Shown here: piece by piece, positions 11,389 to 24,100 of the stretch
How positions within the stretch are numbered: position 1 is the stretch's first letter
Layout of the letters: every line of letters starts with the position of its first letter
NCBI GenBank assembly: GCA_028534125.1
Contig: CM052824.1
Location: forward strand, 23,932,001 to 23,996,000
Direction: 5' to 3'
DNA: 64,000 nucleotides
Source of the DNA: Lama glama
Lineage: Eukaryota
Position numbers and translations under genes: made by a program
The notes under the pieces: model-generated
What the model was told of the DNA's origin: nothing
Seen by the model: only the letters and a program-made list of their open reading frames with translations
The model's database searches: none

Positions 11389-14300
11389 CCTTCCTCACTT
11401 GCCCAAGACTGATTGGAGTGTTCTGCCTGAGGGGTTCCTGTTCCACACGTCCAAACTTGATTGCTGCTGGGATCATCAGGCACCGAGTTCACGATGGGCC
11501 GCTTGTGTCGCAAAGCTGCGTGGTGCATCGGGCCCTGAAAGGATCCAGCAGCAATCCCGCAGGGGCTTTTCAAGTGGACTATACCTGTTATACAGGAAGA
11601 GGACACGTGTCTGGGGGCTTGCCAGAGGCTCCATTAGCATCCTCTCTCCAACGTACCTTCAATTCCAGTGGAATCTACAGAGCATAAGGAGCAGGGAGAG
11701 GTGTCACACAACACAGACGAGCTTCAGGGCTTCTCTTGTTCTGAGCCCCCATCTTAGAAGATCAGATAACTCAGAGCTACTGGCGTCTCTATTCGGAAGA
11801 GATTCTGTTGTCTTCCTCCTATTCTTGCATATTGGATGCTTAAAAGTCAGTATTTCACTGTAAATATCCGCTTTTTTCTCTAAATTTTCGTTTAAAGTTT
11901 TCCCTGTTAAACTTAGCAAATATTTCAGGATACATGGAGGTATTTTACCAGTCCTTCCTGAATTTCCCTTCCAAATCATTCTCTAGTTCAGGGAAATTTT
12001 CTTTTATTACTTTCATTCTCAGGCATTCCTGAAGAAAAAGTCCCCACACATACTAACCTTGTATCTGTCCTCAAGCCTCTGCACCAGTGTACCATTGTGG
12101 CTGTGTCAGACAAAAGCTTCCAGCATCCATCTTCCTACAGTGGCTCCATTCAAAATCCCTAGGCTTTGCGTTTGAATAGGTAAAAATCATTTATACCCTG
12201 AGGTTCTTCTACCAGAAACTGCATCCCTTCTTTCAAAGGCCACTGAACTTTAACCTTCTTATTGGGGCTCTCTAGGATGCAGTGAGCTGTTGGGATCATG
12301 TGTAGGCTTTGCCTATGGGACTTCAGTTCTGTTCCCCAGTCCTGTTCTTGTCCTTTATCTCAAGGAGTCATTGACTTTTCCTGAACTTGCCTGCAAGCTT
12401 AGTATAGAGTTGTTCTCTTCCCCCTCATCCCGTTGTCCTAAAGAATATTTTTTGAACATTTGTTCTCCAGTTAATAATAGGAAACCTCCTGCAAATTGTT
12501 CTGATCTTATTCAAAGTTAATCTCAGTCCAGACAGTAGTGAAATTGTCTAAATACACGATTCCAGACTACTGAGACGTTGTCACTCATGTGATCCTTTAT
12601 AGTAACTTCTCTTCCCCAGTCCTCACAAACCTTAGTGACCTGGGACTGATGGCAATATTAAAAGCACATTTAAGCATCCCAACCTGGATTTGGAATCCTA
12701 ATTCACTTAAGCTCTATCATTCTAATTGGAGTCAACAGGATCCCAGGAATTTGTAGAGAAGTCAATTAGTAGATCTCAAAACACAGGGATGCCCAGGTCC
12801 AGTCTGACTACACTCAGGCCCCCACCTAGGGAAAGCACTAACGTCTCCCAGGGGTAGCGTGTCTCCTAGGAATCTAGGCGGGTTGTGCACTAGTCTAGGG
12901 TATCCGGGTAGCTTCTGGCATGAGGAGGCCCTGGGAGTACTCCACATGATTGGTATCTGGGGGGAGGTGAGCTTTGGAAATCAGTCCTGGTGCATGTGGC
13001 TTAGTTACTTCTAACAGTGGTGTTTCAGCTTGAATCAAAGATCTTATCACTGACTGTGAATCACAGAAAATCGGGTAAAACAAGGAGCAAGACAGGTACC
13101 AGTCAGAATCTGCTTCCAAGCTCCCTGTTATTAAAAAGCAACAGTGTTTGGGGCGGAGGGTGGGCGGTTCAGGCAGTGTCAGTAAGTGAAACCCAAGTCC
13201 CTGGGTAGGAAGACTGTCTTAGTGGACCTTATGTAGGACGTACGGCAGATAATGTCATTGCCTGAAAACCATGAGGGCTTGACCCTTGTGTTCCCGTCAT
13301 CCTAGGTCAGCCTGAACTCAGGTAATGGGAAAGGGACCGGTGTACCTACAAACAACATACACTGGCTTTGGGCACCTTAGTTCCTTCGGAGGGTCAGGGA
13401 GGCAAATCTTTATCCGAGTATCTAACCACTGTAAGTGACCATAGGGACAGGCCCTGCCTCTTGGCCTAGAGACTGCTCCAAACGCTGCTCCCTGTGGACA
13501 GAGCTTAAGGCTTTGGCTGAAAACACATGTGGGCCCACATTGCATCCTGCTTCCTGAGCCTGCCGGCACCTATGTCTGCAGTGGGATTCAGGACTTTGTT
13601 ACGGGTCCTTTATTCTTACCATCGCCTTTTCTCTTAAGCTAACCTTCAGCTGCACCTCTCTGTACAGTTGCCATTGATCCCGTTCCCCTTTTCTATTCAA
13701 AGTTCTAAGAATGGCAAGGAAGCGGACGCTCAAAACCTTTTACTTCATTCTGAAACTTGAGTTTATTCCTTTGAACAGATCATCTCCAAAAGGTAACGTT
13801 TCTCAGCAGAAATGTTAATGCTTTAATTTCTTGAATTATAATGTCAACTGCCCGGTCAGGTTTTTGTCTGGACTTTGAACAGAATGAGCCAATTCTTGTG
13901 CATGAAAATGAGTTGAGGGACCAAGACAACCATGGACTTGGCCTGAGGACTAGGAGCTCGCCACTTATGTGAAGCCAGAAACAAGGTGTCCAGGTAGTTG
14001 CTGATACAGAAAGGACTAGGAAAGTGATTCCTTCTGTTGGGACCTCCTGTGGGTATAACCCAACGCTGTCCCTATTGGAAAAAAGTTTGGGTTCAGTACA
14101 GTCCTGATCTCTGTGTCTATAGTGACAGTCTAATCTTTTCGGTATAAAGTTTTGATAAGGATTGTTCACTCCTTTCTCTTGTAAAGGTTCAGACTGAGCA
14201 CATGGAGGTGGTTCTGTCTTTTCCTTCTGTGTGTTCCTAAAATTGCTTCTCTCCTCCTCATGCCTCCTTTCTCCTTCTATTGCTCAGGTTTCAGCATTTC

Positions 14301-14934
14301 TGACAGTTCCCCTCAAAGACAAAGTTTCACAAGTACTATTTCTACCTGTGGCTAGAAAGCTGCCTAACACTTGTCCGCGCTCTGGAAGTCGAATGGGCGT
14401 CCACTTCACTGTTGTTGAAGCCGGCTCGGCTGTCTCTGACCCTGGGGGAGCCCTTCAAAGCCTGCCTTCTCTTCTATTAGGGACGCATGTAGCCCTTTCC
14501 TTGAGTGTCTGGTTCTCCAGGACCCTGCTCCTTCCTGAGAAAAGTGCCATCTGAACACTGAGGGTAGGGTATTTTATCCAATAGGCCTTCACACATTCTG
14601 GAGAGTAAAGTGTGGTACAACCTAGTGTCAGTGCCACACCCAGCCTTCCCTTCCTGTTTTCCTCTTAAGCACACTCTCACCCCTCTTAAGCATCAGAGTT
14701 CTTTAAAACTTTCCATTATGGTGGGTGTGTAGTAATTAAACCATCATGAGTTCAGGTTTTCTCTGCATTTTATGGTTATAATGCAATGTGTAAATTTTAC
14801 TTAACAGCATTAGGTTTTGAGTAGAAGGGAAAAAACACATGGCTTTGCTGAGAAACATAAAAAAAAAAAAGCCTAGCTTTATCTAGTGGTGTATGGTTAT
14901 TTAAATAAAATGCCTTAATAAAGAAGTCACTTTG

Positions 14935-15625
14935 GCTATGCGTGGTCAAATATGTCTTTGTCCTCAGTTCCTGGCACAAACCTCCCAGAGCCCTTGGAAT
15001 TTCCTGTGTGACAGTGTCTTCTGTTATTCATAAAGAGCCTTTCTTGATCACACCTTGAGTTTATGCTAATAAGGTAACTTAGAGAGGTCCCCCTAAACAC
15101 CGTCAGGTTGAGGCTGGTCACCAGAAAGACCAAGTGATGAGAGGGTTGGACCCTAAAGCTCTGCCCACTGACTCCCAGAAAAGGGCTGGAGGTTGAGTTC
15201 TATAACTCTTGAACCCTGAGGTCTGCATTGGGGAACACGTGGATGTGCTGGGAGGGGTGGCATGCCCAGAGAGGGCATGGACGCTCTGTGCCACTCCGCC
15301 TGCTCCAAACCTTACCTTACGTGTCTGTTCAATTTGCTTTCCCTGAATTTCACATTTACAGCTACGTATGAAGTTCCATGAACTGGTCCAGTAAATTACT
15401 GAACCTGAGGAAAGGGGAGTAGGAACTTCAAATTTGTAGCCAAACTGGACAGAAGTATAGGTTGCACCTCAAAACCTGTGGCTGGTGCCTGATGTGGGGG
15501 CAGTATTTTGGGACTGGGTCCTTTAACTTGTATCTGACAGTAACTCCAGGTAAAGTGTCAATTGAATTTTGGACACCCAGTTTGTGTTACTCAGTGTCAG
15601 AGAAAACCCCAGACTTGGTATGAAA
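14935..15625 (+). mobile_element. MER21-like LTR
   Basis: TTCCTGGCACA...CCCTTGGAATTTCCTG; GGCTGGTCACCAGAAAGACCAAG; GAACACGTGGATGTGCTGGGAGGGGTGGCATGCCCAGAGAGGGCATGG; GTGGGGGCAGT...GGGACTG; ACTCCAGGTA...GGACACCCAG, collinear with MER21. Confidence 0.85.
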
Positions 15626-15689
15626 AAATATGGACATGATAACCCTATACTTCAAGCTAGATTTAAACAGTTAGAAATACAAGACTGTT

Positions 15690-16110
15690 GAAGGTTTTTG
15701 GCAGACCCTTGCAGCATGGCTTTACATCGAACTTGTTTTGCAAATGCCTTACATAGTTAAATCTCTTGAATAAATGGAAGTGACCACTTTTGAACCGAAT
15801 GCCCTGAAATGCTAGTTTTCTAGTAGCCTGATCATTTCACTTGGGGGCAGAAATGCTCAGCATATGGTTCATCCCTCTGGAATAACAATGGTGTTAATTA
15901 CTCCAGTCTGAGGCATACTGGTAGCCTTGTCAAACTAATCAATTTTATCCATCATGCAGGACTGAATGGTACCACTTACAGAGCTACAAACAATAATCCC
16001 TGATGTGAGTGAAATCACTTCCTTCAGTGGTTCCTGGCAGTAGTTTGCCTGCAAGTTGGCCGTTGCAGGCTTCTGTTATGTAACTTGCTGCCCTGCAGGA
16101 ACAATCGGCA
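15690..16110 (-). mobile_element. Very degenerate LTR-retroelement integrase remnant (class III-like)
   Basis: Minus-strand reading with frameshifts gives MDKI, QGYQYA-TGV-NT and IRLLEN-HFRAFG, resembling the integrase core. Confidence 0.35.
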
Positions 16111-16494
16111 TTTTTAATCTTTAATACCAAGGCATCTAGTGATGGGCTGTATGATAGAATACTTGAGTCCTTACTGCTAAACTTCGTCATTTATGTCCAT
16201 GCTGTGAAACTACTGAGGTAATGGATACTAAACTCATGCTGATGGGTGTACATAAATGCCTTTATCCCTCTAGAAACGCCATGGTTGTTACATTTAGGAC
16301 AAAATGCTGCAGTTGCATTTCCTTTGAACCTTCATAGGAATAGGACTTAATCATAAAGATTCCCATGCAAATGCTAAATGAGATCCATGGGTGTCCTTTG
16401 AGCCCCGAGTACATCTTATCTTGCCAACATACTTACTGACTGTGCCCATTAGATACATGAACTTCTGCTGGTGTTTCTCAACTGCATTTCTATC

Positions 16495-16930
16495 CGATTG
16501 GTTCAGCCCGTCTTGAGAGTCTTACCTCTCTTCACTGAAAGGCCTAATTCCAGACTTCGTCTTGTGGGAAGGGGGAAGGAGAACCAGTAAATGGAGAAGA
16601 GGCAAATGTAACCTTCAGTCAAAGCTCAGCCTAGGTGGATTCTGAGAGAAGCCCTACATCTGATCAAAACCAGCCACACAGACAAGGCCTGCATCTATGG
16701 CAGGAGGTATCCTGTGTGGCTCATACCTCGGTCCTGCAGGGATATCTGTACTCCTGGCTTCACCACCTCTTGGTGCAGTTCTTCAGAGACCTACTAAGGA
16801 TGATTTCTCTTTCCCAACTCCTTTGAGAAGGAAGATGGGCTTCAGCCTGAAAAGCACAGGTCTAGCAGTCAGTCACTCTGATCATAGACTCAGTGATTGG
16901 TATAGTCTTACTCCAAGCCTTCTTATGTAG
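16495..16930 (-). mobile_element. ERVL-class LTR (LTR33/LTR16-like)
   Basis: GGGAAGGGGGAAGGAG...GCTCAGCCTAGGTGGATTCTGAG...GGGCTTCAGCC...CTAGCAGTCAGTCACTC layout. Confidence 0.45.
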
Positions 16931-18584
16931 GAACTTGAGACATTCTCTATTTTGAGAATCTCAAATGGAAAGCCTTACACTTCCTGTTTTTTCAACTAAA
17001 AACTACTGGGTACAAATCTTTGAATTCAAGGATCTCTGCTCATGGAAACTGGGGAGTAGGTCAGCTCATCCTGGCAGCTGGCTGTTTATCTCCCCATCAC
17101 TACCACCCTGTTTAGTGTGAGGGCGGCCGTGCTGAGCCCTGACCTGTACACCAGGGAATTCCCACCCTATACCTGGGAATTCCCCAGCTTTCTGATTTGA
17201 GGACTTCATCTTGCTTATCTTGGGCCTTTCCTAGATAAGTCACTTGTACCAGGATCTTGAGCTGGTAACTTCTCTCCTCTGTTTATCTCTTGAAACTGCT
17301 TCTGCCTCATGACCATGGAAATCATTCCTCTGAAGATGAGTGATTATGTGTAAAGAATTAGAAGCAGTAAGTCACTCACAGCAAAACTGCATTTTAGCTA
17401 CACTTAACCCCAGGCCAATTCACCCTGCCTCTCTGATCTTCCTTCTCGCCCTTCTAACTGGGACAGGTTGTCAGGACTCTGCCTGCCTCTGGTATTTCTC
17501 AAAATCCTATCAGTGGGAGATGGGAGAGTCCATCCCAGGACTAGGCTCTTTATATCTATCCTCTGTCTTCAGAGAGCCATCTTGCTGGTGGTGCCCCCTC
17601 CCATTGTATGCCTCAGTGAGTAGTATGTCCTCGAATTACTTGATGCCTGGCTCTAGTGTTTTAGCTTCTGTAAAGCGAAAGCTTCAGACCTGGTGTAGCA
17701 AGCTGCACCATAGAGACCCTCTGTTCTCCAGGAAGAGCTGCTTTTGCGGTGATCTTGAAGACTCATTCATCAGCCATCCTTTATTGAAGGCTCTGGGCTT
17801 GGCCTATGAGTAGATTTTTTCTGATCTTAAGCCTCATTCCATAATGATGTTGCTTCTGAAGATTTCAAACCTTGCAAATCTGTTTTCTTGGTATAACAAG
17901 TCTTTATGGCTGTTAAACCCGATGTAGAGGTTTGGAGTTGTTGCCTTTACAGTTGCCATAACATTGTATAGACTCTTGATCCTTCTCCTGTGTGGATCTG
18001 AGTTGAGTGAAGCCCTGGCATTTAAACTGCACTCAGTTTTCTTCAGAATACAGTCTAGTCAAGTACTGTAAATAGCCAAAGGGTTCTGTGGTAAATCAGA
18101 TTTGAGAACTGGATTCTGTTTGTCTTTTCCATACTTACGGACTACGTTTTTAACATTTTTATGGGTAGGAAAATAGGGACCTCAGCTGGTAAGGAAGACC
18201 TACATGGTAAGGGTCTTAAAGCAAGCTGAAACGGGGCTAAACATCCATCACAGTTCCGCTCTTCAAACTATTAAATGGTGGTTCTAAACATGTAGATTTT
18301 TCACTTTAATATATTAGAAGCTGATTGTGTGCTTTATCTTATGGTATTGATTATGCAAATAAAAGAATATTAAATGTTTACTAGTGTCTCTCCAAACAAG
18401 TGATAATTTGTTTTAGTAATCTTTCTATATAGACAACCCAACTTCTCTGATTCTTATCCAGTCAATTTGCAGCATTAAAATCTCTCCTACTCAGTAACTA
18501 TTTAGGTTAATCCTGGTCTGCAATTGTACTGCTCTGTCACTGGTGGTAACTGCATTAACACAGAATGAATCAGTGAAAAGAACC

Positions 18585-18675
18585 ATGGAAGTGTGGAGAT
18601 CTGGAAGATGCCTCAATGACTTATCCCAATTTTATAGGAAAGAAACTAAAGGCTTAGAGGTTGTTACTTGCCCTT
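18585..18675 (-). mobile_element. MIR fragment
   Basis: CCCAATTTTATAGGAAAGAAACTAAAGGCTTAGAGG...ACTTGCCC antisense MIR core. Confidence 0.65.
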
Positions 18676-18724
18676 GAATAAATAATATCCATACCACAAG
18701 ATGCTGAGAATATTGGTCTGGCAC

Positions 18725-19143
18725 TGTATTAGTCAGGGACCCCAAGAAAAAGCAAATAGCATGGTCAAATTAGGATAATTCAATGAAGGTCTTACTTACA
18801 AAAGGACAAGCTCACAAAGGAGAATACTATACCCCAGAGCTAGTAGTAAGACTTAAAAACCACCATGCAGCACTCTTGGCTAAAAGGAAAGAAGAGGTGT
18901 GCATCCTAGATTTCAGAGGGAGAAGTCAGCTGCCTTATGAGAAATAGGAAGCTGCTGTTATAATTTGTCCATCAGTGGGTTCAGAGGGAATAATTGCCCC
19001 TCATCCCTGTTGACTTCTTGCTGAGACTCTGTCCTGACCCAGACCAGACAGCTCAACAATTCTATAATGAAAAATGTTACAGGCTAGCCTCCCAACAGGG
19101 GACAGAAAGGATACAGAAGGACAAACAACATACATCCAGCATA
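18725..19143 (-). mobile_element. ERVL-class LTR (LTR40-like)
   Basis: TGTATTAGTCAGGGACCC...CAAATTAGGATAATTC...GCTAGTAG start and GAAGGACAAACA...ATCCAGCATA end. Confidence 0.65.
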
Positions 19144-19599
19144 GACATATGATAACTTTCTGGTATGTCTTGCCAACTCAGGTGCAGTTGTTGAACTTAA
19201 CTCTAGACCCTTCTAAACATAGCTGTATGAATCTAAACTATAGCTGTATGAATGGACTGCAAATAATTCTAAGTCTTACTCTTGCAACCTATCTTTCCAG
19301 CTTTGGCTGCCATATACTGTATCTGACACATCCTTCTGGGACTAGTTTGAAAGAATCTGACTATCCACCTGCTTGAATGTTTTTTATGTGACCCTCTAAT
19401 CTTGTTTTCATATCCTAAGGTTTCACATCCAGCAAAAGGGAAGACGTGTCTTCCTTAATAGTGGTGAGGGTCTTCTAGCTTCTTTTCACTATTGCCTTCA
19501 TCAGGCACAAAGAAGTCAATCTTGGGATCATCTCTCATCTATGGCTCTACACTCTGTGATGTCTTTACATGTTGGCCAAAGCTTATACCTGACAGTGAC

Positions 19600-19760
19600 A
19601 CAATGAAACATAAGCACGTCATCACCACGCATGTCACGGTACATGTCGGCATGTGCTGGGCTATAGATTGCGTCAGTACTGCAACACCAGCCTGAGTCAG
19701 TATATACTCCTCAATTCAACTCATCCTAACCGTTGTAGCACATGTACTAATGGGGGTGGG
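19600..19760. promoter_or_regulatory. Candidate germline promoter/enhancer: CRE/ATF, AP-1 and MYB motif cluster
   Basis: CACGTCATC 19615-19623; TTGCGTCA 19668-19675; TGAGTCA 19693-19699; TATATA 19701-19706; TAACCGTTG 19727-19735; local CpG retention; no repeat recognised here. Confidence 0.3.
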
Positions 19761-20609
19761 GTGCAAACCTTTGATCTCTGAAATCCAGGTTGGTGGCTGT
19801 CTTTGGGTGCGGGGCAGCTGTAGAGGAACAAAAATCCAGTTCGCCATAAAGGTCCCTGGCACTAGTTCCTTTACATAGAAACCATTTCTTGAATTCTGAG
19901 TTAGCTGCTAAAATTGTTAGCCTCTCAAGTTAGGAAATCTTCGTTTGTAACATTTGTGTGACCGCTTAGGTCTCTTTCTCCCCCTTCTCCCTCAGCGCCG
20001 GGCACCAATAGCTAATAGTGACCCAGGTCCTCTGTCTACAAAGTGGAGCTGGTTGTGTCTCATTTTAGGACTATATGGACCATTGGCAGGAAGAACTGAG
20101 CATCCTGGACTTCAGTATTGCCAAAAAGCAGCTAAGAGCTCATACAAAGTCCTGTAGTTGTATGACCTCTTGATCTGTTAAGGTCACTATCTAAAGTACC
20201 CCTAAAAGTCTGGAATAGATAAATCCTTTCAACTTGTACAGAACTGAAGTCCTCAGAGAGGCTGAGACCAGCTCTGCACAGATTTGGAAAGTGGCACTCT
20301 TCTGTCACAGGGACTTCTCTTGACTTCGGTAGTTCTCAGAGAGGCTACTTTATCCTTTCTCGGGATAAAGATTCCTCAGGGGCCCATCCTGACATGCCCA
20401 TTCCTTAAATAAGGCTTATATCTGGTGTTGCCACTTGAGGCAGGGGGTTTTATTTTCTCTCAGAAATAAGAAGACATTGGCTGGGCTGAAATCTTTCAAG
20501 TCCTAACTAGGATCCAAGAGTCCAGGGGTGGTACCCTCAGTTCAGGACCTTCACAGGAACGCTTTAAGCAGTTAGAAACTACATGCACCAAATCTGAATA
20601 ACATGAAGC

Positions 20610-20990
20610 TGTGTCAGACCCAAGAAGGAATCAGAAGTTCAAAATGCTTACTGTGGTTCACATCTAAGAAAGATAAAGGGGGGGAGGGACAGGATTAGGC
20701 GGAGAGAAACTTTACACTGTTTTGTGGGTCTAACACTTGTGAAAAGAAGCGGGGAGGAAACGACGAATAGGTAGCAATTCAGAACTGCAGTGCACCCATT
20801 TCGGCCAGCCCGCCAGGGAGCTCCGGCAAAGACTGCCCATAGAAGAATCTTCTTTGAGTGGAAATACCCAGGCAGTGCCCAATTGCTGGGTGGGAGCTTC
20901 TGGGAAGAGCATGGCCTCAGCTCGAGCACTACTGGATCTGCAGCAGCAGGTCAGTTCTTCTGGAGGGGGGATCTGAGGAGTGTTACTTCT
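20610..20990 (-). mobile_element. ERVL-class LTR (LTR16-like)
   Basis: Same antisense layout as 42915-43330 (TCAGAACTGCAGTGC...GCCAGCC...GGGAGCTCC...CAAAGACTGCCCATAG...GGAAGAGCATGGCCTC). Confidence 0.6.
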
Positions 20991-21109
20991 GGGGCTGCCG
21001 TGGGAGCAAGACTGGAAGACACTCCGTGACAACGTGATAACTGACTCACCAGGAATTATTGAGGATGTTAAGTTGAACAAAGCAGCCAGGCAGGACTTCT
21101 TGGCACAGG

Positions 21110-24100
21110 CCTGAAATGGAACTGGGGCCTTTAAAACTGAACATAGAATTTTATCTTGCCTTGGAATGGCCAAGATAGAAATTCAAACATTGCATCCTGG
21201 AAGAAACTGTCCCTACTATGTGCCATTGTAAATCTTAGTGATAGAGGATGCAAGAGAAAAACCTTGCCACCAAGAAGTTTAAATTAATGCAAGTTAAACA
21301 TTAAGTAAACTCTCTGGTACACTAGAAAATGTTCACGCTATAAATCAAATGAGGATAAAGGTATTAATCCATACCTGGGTACAAGGATCTAAACTTTAAA
21401 TTGGGTGGTCAGAGCTGAATTCACTAAAAGAACATTGACCCCAAAACTAAGGTTAGGGGATAAGCAGGGAGCTATCTGAAGGGGCAGACAGATGCTGGGA
21501 TCCTGCTGGCACATTCCAGGCAGGCTAAAACAGCCACTCCCAGAGGTTCCCAGAAGATAGGGGGCAGAAGGAGTGATTCTCTCTAGTTCCTGTTCCACGC
21601 TGAGGGAGACTTAACACTGGTGCTAAATTTCAGTGCAGTACATAGAAGATGAAATGTCAGGAATCAGTCACTCTCTGACCCAAGCTTTCTAATTATCTGC
21701 TTTACTAGACAAAAATGTCTGTCATTCTGCCATTTGAGGAATCCAGCAAGCTGAAGTTGGATCCTAGAAGAAAAAGCTAAGGATGGCTCCTTTGGCCATT
21801 TAGTCCTCGATTAGACAGTGCCTGCCTGTTTAGTGTGTCTGCATCACAGATGCTCCTGTACTGTAACTTTCTAGGACAGAAGCACACAAATTCAGTTTCT
21901 TGACCTCTCAAGTGCTTTTCTCTGACAACTTGGAGGCTTCAAATTTGTTAGGACAGAGCATGGCCGCTGCCTCCTTAAATATATTCACTACTTTTCCCAT
22001 TTGCTCATTGAGGCTCTGAGTTTTGCTTTAACTGGCTAAAGAAGTTTGCCATAACGGCCGAACAGCTCAGAACCCGAATTACAGGTGGCTTTTCTGTCTC
22101 TGAATAGACGTTCTCCACACACTAGGCAAAAGAATATATGGAAGATGCCACCTCTCCGCTGTGACTGGGTGAACAGTGTGGGATGCGTACCTGCATCAGA
22201 GGTGAATGGTTTGTAGGTGGCTCTGAGGACAGATCAGTTCATCCTAGAGATTAGTACTTTTAGGGTAAAACTTTTATTCTTGTAAGTTAAGGTATTTCTT
22301 CGGAAAAACAGAAGCTTTTAAATCTGAGGGCCCATAATACCACTTATCTTTAAAATTTAATCATTAGATATATGGATTGTTCTGTATAGGGGAAGGTTGG
22401 TGTCACTTTTCTTCTTCCACATGATCAGTTATGCTAAACCCATTTTGAAATACCTAATTGAAAGAGTGATAGTGGACAGTTAGGCATCACACCTCACATC
22501 CCGGTGATGTAGGTGAGTCTGAAATCAGTCCTAAGAAACTTAAGACTCTTCAGAGTCTGGAGCTGCCTCATCTCCTGTCTGGGATGGTGTGACGTGGACC
22601 AGGACCATGCCCAAGCTGGCTGCATCCTGGACAAATCATGGCCAAGGATACTGGAGGTAATGAGCAGCATTCCAACTCTCCTTTTGAGCGTGAGGCTGCA
22701 TGTCACAGGTGACTGGGAGATGTAAGAATCTGAAGAGAAATTTGAATTACTCCCGTACAACTGGAAGATTCTCATCAAGCTTCCAATACTGGTAGCTCCA
22801 TTTATTTTTGAAGCAGAGTAGAAGTCCAAAGAACTCTTGGTCATAAAATTCAATTAGTACGTCAGCCCTGAACTTTATCTGTAATGGAGGCCAGAAATGA
22901 CAAGTAGTTCTTGACTAATGTTGCAAGTCCAGATCTTTTATAGAAAAGCTGAGCATTATATATATATTTCAATGATTCCAGAAACACAGAGGTGTGAGCC
23001 TACTTCTGAACAGACACCAATGTTGTCCGGCATCAGAGGTGACTAATGAGTCAAGATTGTTGATGGATGAATTAATAGGTTTTTAATCACATCCAAGGAA
23101 GGCAGGAGATCCATTATGAGAGCTCAGAATTATTTCTTTCAGGCTCAAGTAGAAAGATAGATCCCAAAATGTGTCTTGGGATTCTACAGTAGTACCTGGC
23201 AAGAATGTGGAAGAGGAATCTGGCTCCTCTTTAGTCATCTTTCCTATCTTGGTCACTACTGCCAGCCTAGAAAATCATATCCCTGGTAGTAGATCCTGAA
23301 GGTCCGACAGGTGGAGACTGTTGCCCATCTACACACCTTGAAAGATGCCACAGTCAATACTAGGATTAATATATAATCATATTTGATTTTACCGGAGGGA
23401 AAAAAAAAAAACAAATGAGCTTCGTCTCAGGGGCCATGTTTTATACTAACCAGAATAGTACCTTGAGAGATCCCACAGTTTTTCTATGCATCAGGGAAGA
23501 GTGCTGGGTTGAATAATAGTGCATTCAGCAAAGACTATGGCATCAGTGCTGTGCAAAAGACTTGCCGGCTTTGCCTGTTCTGAAGGCTTACTTCAATTCT
23601 TCTCAATTTTAGGAACGTGAACTGAGATAGGAGACTTAGAAAGTAATCTCAACCCTTGAACAATGTTAGTAGGTATTCTCTTAGATTATGTTGACTTCAT
23701 TGCTAAGAACTTGCTATAAAAAAAAATCCCATCTTGTATATTTTGTTAGTGACTTCACTGCATAGTACAGCGGTAGAACATGGAGAAAGTATTGGTGTTT
23801 CTGCTTGGTTGAGTTTGCACAGACAACCAGATCAGATTCCTTAACTTTTCTATGTATACAAAGTCACATTTTTATGACATTAAAAAAAAAATCTAAGTTC
23901 AGTGCAATACCCATTGTATGTATCTTTTTACATGCTTAGTTCAGCCTGGCCAATATGTTGCCTACATTTAAACCAATATGAATCCTATTACTGACAGAAT
24001 GGTGCTCCTTGTACCTGTGAGGTCAGGTTCATCACCCTTGAGGCTGCTAAGAAATCCTACTGTTTCCCAGGATAATATCTACATCAATAAGAGTGCTTAT

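Noticed and set aside
17340-17813. 157-aa ORF (also the 154-aa ORF at 11399 and 147-aa ORF at 20730)
   Set aside because: No recognisable domains, low-information composition, and overlap with or adjacency to repeats; consistent with chance ORFs.
21990-22060. KAKLRA/KAELRA peptide on the minus strand of segment X as a gag or RNase H motif
   Set aside because: Six-residue similarity only, with no supporting flanking motifs in any copy.
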